Shown here: piece after piece, positions 27,810 through 35,578 of the stretch
How positions within the stretch are numbered: the stretch's first letter is position 1
Layout of the letters: the number at the start of each line of letters is the position of its first letter
Assembly: GCA_934754375.1 (NCBI GenBank)
Contig: CAKVHT010000001.1
Coordinates: 713,548-777,547, forward strand
Direction: 5' to 3'
DNA from: an uncultured Clostridia bacterium
GTDB lineage: Bacteria > Bacillota > Clostridia > Christensenellales > UBA1242
Length of the DNA stretch: 64,000 nt
Program-made: the position numbers and the translations under genes
Notes under the pieces: model-generated
What the model was told of the DNA's origin: nothing
Databases searched by the model: none
The model's input: the letters and a program-made list of their open reading frames with translations, nothing else

Positions 27810-28247
27810 TTAAAATTTGTGTCCACAGTGAGCACAGTATTCTGCCTCAGGGTCACTTTTGCCTTTACAAAGTGGGCAAATTCGCTTTTCCTTTGGAGTT
27901 TGTTTTGCTCCGCAGTGTGTGCAAAATTCTTCATCTTTATTTAATAATTTGCCACATTTGTCGCAAAGTCTGTCGCTATCAACACCTTTTGCATAACCAA
28001 TATCTCTAACACTTTTCCTGTATCCAGACATGCCAGCACTAACAACCAACATTGACACACCAAACATTAACAAGCATAAAGCAACAATGCCTGCAACAGC
28101 CACAATGATGTATTTTGACCAATGCGTCATTTTGATAACTGCCATAGCACCGCCAAAGCCTGCACCGACAGCCAAAAGAATCATCAAAACCGAAACAAGG
28201 ATTAATGCAGTTTTTCCATAACGAAGTTCTTTATACCTAAAACACAT
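27810..28247 (-). CDS. Membrane protein with a C-terminal double zinc ribbon
   Basis: Two TM helices, then CDKCGKLLNKDEEFCTHCG and CPLCKGKSDPEAEYCAHCG. Only 11 nt downstream of the SPFH gene. Confidence 0.75.
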   Translation of the reverse strand: MCFRYKELRYGKTALILVSVLMILLAVGAGFGGAMAVIKMTHWSKYIIVAVAGIVALCLLMFGVSMLVVSAGMSGYRKSVRDIGYAKGVDSDRLCDKCGKLLNKDEEFCTHCGAKQTPKEKRICPLCKGKSDPEAEYCAHCGHKF

Positions 28248-28258
28248 ATTTCACCAAC

Positions 28259-29374
28259 CTAAACTTTTTCTCCGCAATCTGGGCAGAATTTTGCCTTTGC
28301 AGAAAGAGTTTTTCCACATTTTGCACAAACTTTTCCAACTTCAAGTTTGTTGCCACAATTAACACAGAATTTGCTCCCCTTTGTGATAGGTTCACCACAT
28401 TTAGGGCAAGACAATGCTTGTGTTGCACCACATTCTGGGCAGAATTTTGATTTGCCAGGAATAGAGGCTCCACATTTAATGCATTGAACTGTAACTTGAC
28501 GTTTGTTATCTTTTGCGCTTGCAATTGCTTCACCAAAAACGTTGCCCATTTGCATGCCTGCGCCCAAACCGACACCCATGCCAGCCAACCCAGCGCCTGC
28601 TGGATTTTTTGCAGATTCTTCAATTGCATTTGCAGCCTTGAATTGTGTATATGTGCCCATTTTGTCGCTCATAACACCCATTTTTGTGCGTTCATCAAGC
28701 ATTTTCTCAACATCTTCTGGCAATGACAAATTTTCAATAACAAAGTTAGAAACTTTTAAACCCAAAGGCGCAAATTCTTCTTTTGCATGTTGTTCTACTG
28801 CTTTGCCAAGTTCTTTATATTTTGATGCCAAGTCAAGAGCTGAAACTTTGCTTTCAGCAATAACATCTGTAAGCAATTGAATAAGGCTTGATTTGTATTG
28901 AGTTGCAACATCACCAACACGGTAAATTGGGCTTGTGCCAAAACATTCACGCATGAATTTTGTTGGGTCATTAACTTGAATGGAGAATGTACCAAAACCA
29001 CGCAAACGCACATTACCAAAGTCCACATCACGCATCATGATAGGGTTTTGAGTACCCCACTTTAATCCCATAAAGCGCTTTGTGTTAATAAAATAAACTT
29101 CTGCCTTAATACGGCTGTTGCCAAGTGTTGGCAAACTCAACATCTTTGTCAAGAAAGGAATATTTTCAGTTGAAAGTTTATAAGTGCCTGCACCAAACAC
29201 ATCTGCAATTTGCCCCTTATGAACAAACACTGCAACCTGGCTTTCCCTAACAACCAAAGTTGAACTGTTCATGATTTCAGCACCAGCCTCCATAGGATAG
29301 CGGTAGACAATGACATCTGCACTTGAATCCTTCCACTCAATAACTGACAAGAATTGTTTTTTGAATAAACCCAT
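28259..29374 (-). CDS. SPFH/Band-7 domain protein of the YdjI type with three C-terminal zinc ribbons
   Basis: MGLFKKQFLSVIEWKDSSADVIVYRYP...VRESQVAVFVHKGQIADVFGAGTYKLSTENIPFL matches the YdjI-like family. The tail has 3x CxxC-x9-11-CxxC. Confidence 0.85.
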   Translation of the reverse strand: MGLFKKQFLSVIEWKDSSADVIVYRYPMEAGAEIMNSSTLVVRESQVAVFVHKGQIADVFGAGTYKLSTENIPFLTKMLSLPTLGNSRIKAEVYFINTKRFMGLKWGTQNPIMMRDVDFGNVRLRGFGTFSIQVNDPTKFMRECFGTSPIYRVGDVATQYKSSLIQLLTDVIAESKVSALDLASKYKELGKAVEQHAKEEFAPLGLKVSNFVIENLSLPEDVEKMLDERTKMGVMSDKMGTYTQFKAANAIEESAKNPAGAGLAGMGVGLGAGMQMGNVFGEAIASAKDNKRQVTVQCIKCGASIPGKSKFCPECGATQALSCPKCGEPITKGSKFCVNCGNKLEVGKVCAKCGKTLSAKAKFCPDCGEKV

Positions 29375-29480
29375 AATTTCTCCTTAACCTTAAAAAAGGT
29401 ATCAATATTACTTTAATAATAATACAAATTTTGCAAACTTGTCAATTATTTTTCATTATCACACGACCAATAATTGTCAT

Positions 29481-30251
29481 CTATGGTGTAATTTGTTTCT
29501 TAGTGTTTGTCTTATTTGTTTTTAATTTTAACTTTTGACTAAAGCGAGTTAAAAATTTATCAATTTTTGTTTGATATTTAACACTAAAATAAAACAACAA
29601 AGCCATGCTTATAGCAATCAAAAGCCAAACAGCCAAGCCCCAGCCAGAAAAAGGAATAATTGAACCACTTCCAAAAAGAACAGTGCATGCTATGCCAATC
29701 GACCGACAAATTACATTGCTCCAAAAGAAGAAAGCAAAACTCATATTTGTAAGCCCCGCCACCACGCATAAAATATCATCAGGAAACATTGGAAACAACA
29801 TCATCAAAAAGAATACATATTTCCCCTCACTTATGATTGAAATCCATTTATTTGTGCTTTCTTCCCCTGCTATCCAATGCAAAAACTTTCTACCAGCCTT
29901 TCTACCCAGCCAAAAATTGAAAAGACTACCGATCATTATTGCAATAAAAGATAATAAAAATGCCTTCCATTTTGGAAATATAAGCACACCTGTCATCGTC
30001 ACAACAATGGCAGGAATTTGCAATATCGTAGTTTGCAAAAATTGCAACAACATAAACACAATAGAGCTAAACACACCACCATGTTGCACAACTTGACGCA
30101 ATTTTTCTATTGAATTGATTTTGTCCCACCAGCCACACTTTTTTATTATTAAAATAGCGATTAAAATTAATAGTGCAAGTCCAACAAAAAAAACAAGCGC
30201 ACGCAAAATCGTTGTGCCAAAACCATGCTTGTTCTCTTTGTTTTTACTCAT
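29481..30251 (-). CDS. TVP38/TMEM64 (DedA-related) family membrane protein
   Basis: Multi-pass protein. IGSLFNFWLGRKAGRKFL and PMFPDDILCVVAGLT are typical family motifs. Confidence 0.8.
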   Translation of the reverse strand: MSKNKENKHGFGTTILRALVFFVGLALLILIAILIIKKCGWWDKINSIEKLRQVVQHGGVFSSIVFMLLQFLQTTILQIPAIVVTMTGVLIFPKWKAFLLSFIAIMIGSLFNFWLGRKAGRKFLHWIAGEESTNKWISIISEGKYVFFLMMLFPMFPDDILCVVAGLTNMSFAFFFWSNVICRSIGIACTVLFGSGSIIPFSGWGLAVWLLIAISMALLFYFSVKYQTKIDKFLTRFSQKLKLKTNKTNTKKQITP

Positions 30252-30365
30252 ATATTAGTATATGATAAAAATATTAATTTAAGATAATTTATTTGAATAA
30301 TATTGTTTGGCAACGTCTGATACCTTTCCGCCTGTTTTTTTAAGGCTTATAATAAGCACCAAAGT

Positions 30366-31382
30366 TTAAATGAACTTTTCTGTTTCTGCAATTATTTTAT
30401 CCATTATTTTCACCGCTTCAACTGGATATTTACCTGAAGCAGATTCACCAGACAGCATAACAGCATTTGTTCCATCATACAACGCATTTGCCACATCACT
30501 TACTTCCGCTCTTGTCGGACGCTTGTTGTAAATCATACTTTCCATCATTTCAGTTGCAACAATAACAAACTTACCTTTTCTTACTGCTTTTAAAATGATG
30601 TCTTTTTGGATATGTGGTAAACTTTCCATTGGCAATTCAACACCAAGGTCACCACGTGCAACCATAATACCATCACTTGCTTCAATAATTTCGTTAAGGT
30701 TTTTAACCCCCAAAGCAGATTCAATTTTGGAAATAATTTTCATATTACCACTATTGTCTTTTAAAAGTTTTCTAACTGCTTGAACCTCTTTTTTGCTGTT
30801 TACAAAACTGATTGCCAGCATGTCAAACTTGTTTTTTATTGCCCACAAAATATCTTCTTTATCATTGTCGTTAAGATATTTAATGTTAAGTTTAAGGTTG
30901 GGTATGAACAGGCTTTTATTATTGCTTAATGTACCGGAATTTTTTGCAACGCAGATAACTTCACTATCGGTTTTATCTTCAACTTTAAATTCTAGCAAAC
31001 CGTCATTAGCCAAGATTTTGCTTCCAATTTCTATGTTCTTAATAATGCTTGGCTGATTTATAGCCACACGTTCATCATTGCCCACCACATTTTTTGCAAA
31101 GAAAATGAACTGCTGACCCTTTTTTATTTCTACCTTACCGTTTTCAAACTTTTTAACTCTTATTTCTGGTCCACGGGTATCAAGCATAAGTTGAAGTTTT
31201 ATGCCTGTATCTTTTTTCAGTTGCTTAACATTTGCTACAATGGTGTCCATATCTTGTCTTATTGCATGCGAAAGATTTATTCTAACAATATCCATGCCCG
31301 CCTGCGCCATTTTTTTCATTGTTTGGTATGCTATACTGCTAGGCCCAATTGTTGCCACAATTTGCGTTTTGTTCTTTTTCAT
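30366..31382 (-). CDS. pyk: Pyruvate kinase, A+B domains only (no C-terminal domain)
   Basis: [40 protein letters not shown] and MLSGESA are present. The protein ends 6 aa after [20 protein letters not shown] precedes the ATG at 31382; the track start at 31400 is TTG. Confidence 0.85.
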   Translation of the reverse strand: MKKNKTQIVATIGPSSIAYQTMKKMAQAGMDIVRINLSHAIRQDMDTIVANVKQLKKDTGIKLQLMLDTRGPEIRVKKFENGKVEIKKGQQFIFFAKNVVGNDERVAINQPSIIKNIEIGSKILANDGLLEFKVEDKTDSEVICVAKNSGTLSNNKSLFIPNLKLNIKYLNDNDKEDILWAIKNKFDMLAISFVNSKKEVQAVRKLLKDNSGNMKIISKIESALGVKNLNEIIEASDGIMVARGDLGVELPMESLPHIQKDIILKAVRKGKFVIVATEMMESMIYNKRPTRAEVSDVANALYDGTNAVMLSGESASGKYPVEAVKIMDKIIAETEKFI

Positions 31383-31513
31383 AATTCCCCTTCTTTTCAA
31401 TTATTTTACCAAACGTTAAATTAAAAACAAAATTGTTTTTATGTCCAAACACGCCATTTGCGTAAAAAATTTTAATTTATTTTGCGTTTGTTTTGCTATT
31501 TTTTAAAAAAATA

Positions 31514-31541
31514 TTGAATTTTTCACCATTTATGCTATAAT
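31514..31541 (+). promoter_or_regulatory. ssrA promoter
   Basis: TTGAAT, a 16-nt spacer, then an extended -10 TGcTATAAT ending 11 nt before the tmRNA 5' end. Confidence 0.6.
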
Positions 31542-31551
31542 AATTATATAC

Positions 31552-31904
31552 GGGGGTGAAACAGTTTCGACTGTTATGCTTCGATTTGATACGCACGTCG
31601 AGAGGCATCTCGTTAAAAATGCGCTTGTTTTTGTACAAGTTTAAATAAATCAAAACAATAATAAACTTGCTTACGCTGCTTAATGCGTAGCCGTCAGTTT
31701 AGCAGTACCGATATGCTAAAATCTGATGTCAATTATCGGTTAAAGATTGATTTTGTTGCCTAGCAAACTCAATTTACTTTTAGGCTGGAAATTTGCAAGT
31801 GTTGGTGTGAGTTGCAAATTTCAAGATATACTCATCAACTAAACGTGTAGTGTATGATTTCCAAGTATGGCAGGACATGGGTGCAAATCCCATCATCTCC
31901 ACCA
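31552..31904 (+). ncRNA. ssrA: tmRNA (SsrA)
   Basis: 5' GGGGGUGAAACAGUUUCGAC and 3' GGACAUGGGUGCAAAUCCCAUCAUCUCCACCA (tRNA-like acceptor/T-arm). The tag reading frame ends ...AAT AAT AAA CTT GCT TAC GCT GCT TAA (31681-31683), giving ..NQNNNKLAYAA. Confidence 0.93.
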
Positions 31905-31924
31905 AACATTAAAAATTGTAAAAA

Positions 31925-31960
31925 AGTAGTTAGATGGCTCTAACTACTTTTCTTTTTTTT
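31925..31960 (+). terminator. Intrinsic terminator after ssrA
   Basis: AGTAGTTAG-atggct-CTAACTACT followed by TTTCTTTTTTTT. Confidence 0.85.
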
Positions 31961-32203
31961 GACTTTTCAAAAGGTGCAAATGTGACAAATCTTGAACAAG
32001 TATCCACCTCAAACTGTTTGCTCCATTTTTGGCAATTTAGCAAATAAGCATTTTATAGCATATCCCATATAACTTTAAAATATTATCTTGCATCTTTTTA
32101 ATGATCTCAAACACGTCATAATAGTAAATTTTATCTAGCCCTATCATAACGTAAATTTATATCAGTCAGCACAAATTGTTATATTTGGTTTAAAAAAACA
32201 GTA

Positions 32204-32232
32204 TTGACAAGCAGATGTCACCATGTTAAAAT
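32204..32232 (+). promoter_or_regulatory. Promoter of the small-ORF/PIN-like pair, with flanking direct repeats
   Basis: TTGACA, a 17-nt spacer, then TAAAAT. TATTGACAAG (32202-32211) and TATTGTCAAG (32232-32241) bracket it like operator half-sites. Confidence 0.6.
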
Positions 32233-32253
32233 ATTGTCAAGAAAGGAGCAGTT

Positions 32254-32409
32254 ATGAGCAATTTAATATTAGCAACAGCATCAAGAAACAGCATTCAAGT
32301 TCAACTTGAAAAGCCTGCACAAATGATGCAAGCAAAAACTTACGAACAACAAAACATAGAATTTGCAAACTTTATTTTAAAACATTCTAAAAAAGGTGGT
32401 AAAAAATAA
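32254..32409 (+). CDS. Small protein (51 aa), candidate antitoxin/partner of the downstream PIN-like gene
   Basis: Not in the track (under 60 aa). My translation is MSNLILATASRNSIQVQLEKPAQMMQAKTYEQQNIEFANFILKHSKKGGKK. AAAGGAG SD. Its stop overlaps the next ATG (TAATG). Confidence 0.55.
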   Translation: MSNLILATASRNSIQVQLEKPAQMMQAKTYEQQNIEFANFILKHSKKGGKK

Positions 32410-33254
32410 TGAAATTTACAGGATCAGGCTTTTATCATGAAAACACATACATTGCTTTAGACAGCGATTTGATTATTTGTTTTGCAAATATGTATGATAG
32501 TTATAAAAAAACTAAAATAGTTTCAAAAAGTTACCTAAATAAAAAATTATTTGCAGTTCAAAACAATTTTGACGAATGCAAATTTATATTTGATTGTATA
32601 TTAGATGGCTCTATAAAACCAGTGGTTACCAATTCAATATTCAACGAAATCAGTGGCAGCATTTATGGCAGAGCAAATGACAACAAAATGATTATTGACT
32701 TTTTAACAACGTTCTGCTACACACCAAAAACCAACGAATTGTTATCAAAGCGTAGAAGAGATAAAATTCAAGTTTTGGCAAAAGCATATTGCTTGCCTTA
32801 CAAAAACAAACAAGGCAAAACATTTGATGCTCCAATGAATTTTACATACAATGCCTTTCACGACATGACTGTGCCTGAAAACGATGCTGTTGCAATGGCT
32901 GAGGCAACCTGCTTAAATGTGTATTTCTTGACATATAACGGAAAACACTTTGTTTGGCGCAACAAAGGCTATTGGAACTTTGATGATGATGCTCCAGCAA
33001 AAGAAAGAACTGTTGGTATTGTTGAAATAAACAAACAAAAAGGCTATTTTACAACAACCAAGGTTGGCACAGAAATTATTCCAAAACCTATGCACTTACG
33101 TGATTTTGTATCAGCAATCAAAAATTGTGATGGGGGTTTGCATTATTTTGATGTTGCACAACCAAATGAAGATAGGCTTATAAAACTTGCTGGTCAAATT
33201 AATTACGAAGAATTTAAAGAAGAATTAGACAACAGTGTAAACGATAACTTTTAA
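32409..33254 (+). CDS. PIN-like domain protein with a C-terminal extension (hypothetical)
   Basis: N-terminal YIALDSDLIICF (acidic strand 1), and ENDAVAMAEATCLNVYFLTYNGKHF resembling the PIN D..i.A.A.....l.T.D..F segment (last Asp replaced by Asn). 281 aa. Confidence 0.6.
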   Translation: MKFTGSGFYHENTYIALDSDLIICFANMYDSYKKTKIVSKSYLNKKLFAVQNNFDECKFIFDCILDGSIKPVVTNSIFNEISGSIYGRANDNKMIIDFLTTFCYTPKTNELLSKRRRDKIQVLAKAYCLPYKNKQGKTFDAPMNFTYNAFHDMTVPENDAVAMAEATCLNVYFLTYNGKHFVWRNKGYWNFDDDAPAKERTVGIVEINKQKGYFTTTKVGTEIIPKPMHLRDFVSAIKNCDGGLHYFDVAQPNEDRLIKLAGQINYEEFKEELDNSVNDNF

Positions 33255-33308
33255 AATAATTTTTATCAGTTAATTATTATGTAAAGCCATATTATTTAAG
33301 ACAATATG

Positions 33309-33340
33309 AAAAAAGCTCTTAATTTTAAGAGCCTTTTTTA
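33309..33340. terminator. Bidirectional intrinsic terminator between convergent genes
   Basis: AAAAAA-GCTCTTA-atttt-TAAGAGC-CTTTTTT. Confidence 0.75.
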
Positions 33341-33362
33341 ATACTATATAGCACTTTTCAAT

Positions 33363-33833
33363 CTAATTTTGCCTACGCAAATCTCTTTCAATTTGTTTTG
33401 TTTTTAATGTTTCGCGCTTGTCTGCAAGCTTTTTGCCACGTGCAACCGCCAATTCAATTTTAAGATTGCTTCCACTGAAATATGCTTTTAATGGAACAAG
33501 TGTTAGCCTTTCTTGCTCAATTTGCTTTTTCAATTTTTGAATTTGCACTTTATGCAACAATAATTTTCTATCTCTTCTGGTGTTGTCGCCACCCCTGCCA
33601 GCATCATAACTGTTTGCATATTCTTTTATATAACTGTTACGCAAAAACACCTCATTGTTTTTAAGATATCCATAACAATCCACCAAAGAAAAATGCCCTG
33701 CACGCACAGATTTGATTTCGTCTCCCGTTAAAACAATGCCTGCTTCCAATGTCTCTAATATTGTATATTCAAACCTAGCGCGTCTATTTTCCGCCACCAA
33801 TGCTTGATTAGTTTTTATGTTTTTTTCAGCCAT
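33363..33833 (-). CDS. smpB: SsrA-binding protein SmpB
   Basis: NRRARFEYTILETLEAGIVLTGDEIKSVR...LLLHKVQIQKL. Canonical SmpB, 156 aa. Confidence 0.95.
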   Translation of the reverse strand: MAEKNIKTNQALVAENRRARFEYTILETLEAGIVLTGDEIKSVRAGHFSLVDCYGYLKNNEVFLRNSYIKEYANSYDAGRGGDNTRRDRKLLLHKVQIQKLKKQIEQERLTLVPLKAYFSGSNLKIELAVARGKKLADKRETLKTKQIERDLRRQN

Positions 33834-33996
33834 AAAATTATTATAACATAAATTTGTTTATATTACAAATTTTAATACAAGGCAAAAAATATCTTTTTAT
33901 ATCGTATTGCAAAATGTAACCTGCCTTGATTGTGGTATTAACAAATTTATATGTTAAATTAAAAGTTGGAATAAATCTAAAACCTACATAACCAAT

Positions 33997-34031
33997 ATAA
34001 AAAATTGAGTAGATAAACCACTCAATTTTTG
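33997..34031. terminator. Intrinsic terminator
   Basis: AAAAA-ATTGAGT-agataaacc-ACTCAAT-TTTT, just downstream of the stop at 34044. Confidence 0.65.
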
Positions 34032-34043
34032 TATAAATTATTG

Positions 34044-35264
34044 TTATTCTTTAATCAAAACAATTGTTTGTGTTGTAATTTGAAGTTCTGCAACATTGTT
34101 TGTAATGTTTGCTTGGTGCCCTTCAGTTTGATAAACACCAACTCTTTCAGCATGTGCACTTGAAATTGTTGCATAATTGATGATAACTGTTGGGTCGCCA
34201 CCTGGATAACCACAAGCATCAACAACTATTGCATCCCCAGTTGCTGTGCAACCACCAAATCTTGTTGTGTGGTCTACTTTGTCGCCTTTGCCAATAAGAG
34301 TCGCTCCATTGATTGTTGTAACACCGCTTTTGATGTAAAGTGCTGTATCCGCTTCAATTTCAGCTGCACCGATATTTAAGGCACCGCTATTTGGCATATA
34401 GATACCAATTTCGCCACCCTGAACTTTTGCTCCGTCCATAATGTTGATTGTGCAATCGCCATGGCCTACAGTACCATTACCGCTGACTGCAATTGTTGAG
34501 CCATTAACTTTTGCCGTGCCATACAAATCAAGTTGTGAATTTGCTTGTTCGATTGTTACTGCATTTTTATCTGTATAGTTGTTGTTGTAATTTGCAAAGA
34601 TTGTAAAATCAGCATCAACTGTAAGTTTGCCACCATTCTGAATCCAAACGCCAAATTTGTCAGCAACAAGAGTGCCATTCATCAATCTCAATTGTTTGTT
34701 TGCTGTGCGATAAGCCAAATCAAAACCACTAACTTTAGCCATAATTGTGTGTCCGCCAAAGTCAATAGTGATGTCTTTATCAACAGAAACTGTTGCAGGC
34801 ATTTCATAATCTTTCAACAATCTAATGCTTGCACCGTCTGACAAACCGTCAACAACTTCAGTTGTTAAGCTATCAAGATAAACCAAAGTGCCATTTGAAT
34901 TTACTTCGATAACCGCTTCTTCGCTGACTCTGCCACATTCGCAAAGATAGCCTTGATAATTGTGGGCTTCTTTTTCTGTCAATTCACGACCACAAGTGCC
35001 ACATACTTTCCAGTGTTGAGTTGCTGTGTTTACCCAAGTGATGTCATTATGTTGTCCCAGGTCTGATTTCTCTGTAGTATGTTCACAAGTTGCATCATGC
35101 CAGTGATATGTTTCATCACTTGACCACACTTCTGAGTAAGTGTGCTCATGAACATTTTGTTTTCCTGGATCTTTGTCATTGTCACAAGCGGTGAGCATAA
35201 ACAATGAAGATACCATCAAGCAAATTGCAAAGATAAAACCAAATAATGATTTTCTTTTTGTCAT
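34044..35264 (-). CDS. Lipoprotein with a His/Cys-rich module and a predicted right-handed beta-helix (surface protein)
   Basis: Lipobox LFMLTAC. HEHTYSEVWSSDETYHWHDATCEH...HWKVCGTCGRE module. The C-terminal half is Gly/Asn/Thr/Ile-rich with periodic G..I/V turns. Confidence 0.8.
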   Translation of the reverse strand: MTKRKSLFGFIFAICLMVSSLFMLTACDNDKDPGKQNVHEHTYSEVWSSDETYHWHDATCEHTTEKSDLGQHNDITWVNTATQHWKVCGTCGRELTEKEAHNYQGYLCECGRVSEEAVIEVNSNGTLVYLDSLTTEVVDGLSDGASIRLLKDYEMPATVSVDKDITIDFGGHTIMAKVSGFDLAYRTANKQLRLMNGTLVADKFGVWIQNGGKLTVDADFTIFANYNNNYTDKNAVTIEQANSQLDLYGTAKVNGSTIAVSGNGTVGHGDCTINIMDGAKVQGGEIGIYMPNSGALNIGAAEIEADTALYIKSGVTTINGATLIGKGDKVDHTTRFGGCTATGDAIVVDACGYPGGDPTVIINYATISSAHAERVGVYQTEGHQANITNNVAELQITTQTIVLIKE

Positions 35265-35578
35265 ATTATATTAATCCCCCTTCTTTATTTTGAAAGCACT
35301 GCTTTCATTCTTGATATAATTGTAACAAATAAATTTTTTAAACTCAACTAAATTTAAGACAAATTTTTATCTCGACATTTTTCGACAAATCCTAATTTTT
35401 CACTTTTTTGCTGTTGAGACCTTTTATTTAACTACATTATTAATATATTTCAGCTTTTAGTTTTTATGCTTAAAGTGAACTTAAAATCACACCAACGCAT
35501 AAATATTAAGCAAATAAATTTATCTCGCTTTGCTAGCAGATTTTGTTTTATGTCTTTTATAAAACAAAAAAGGCAAAT

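Noticed and set aside
28237-28880. Overlapping ORFs (28237-28629 minus, 28484-28726 plus, 28503-28880 plus) inside the SPFH gene. Similar nested ORFs occur inside fusA, pgk, the giant gene, secY and the acidic protein gene.
   Set aside because: They are alternative-frame or antisense shadows of confidently identified genes. They have no SD signals and their composition is typical of out-of-frame translation.
32000-32020. Degenerate copy of the tmRNA 3' end (tatccacctcaaac versus catctccaccaaac) as an att site remnant
   Set aside because: The similarity is short and gapped, it lies proximal rather than distal to the inserted genes, and no integrase is present. This is insufficient to call an integrated element boundary.
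33265-33300. dif-like XerD arm (ATTATGTAAAG)
   Set aside because: Only the right arm resembles the Firmicutes dif consensus. The left arm and spacer do not match, so this is probably chance in AT-rich DNA.
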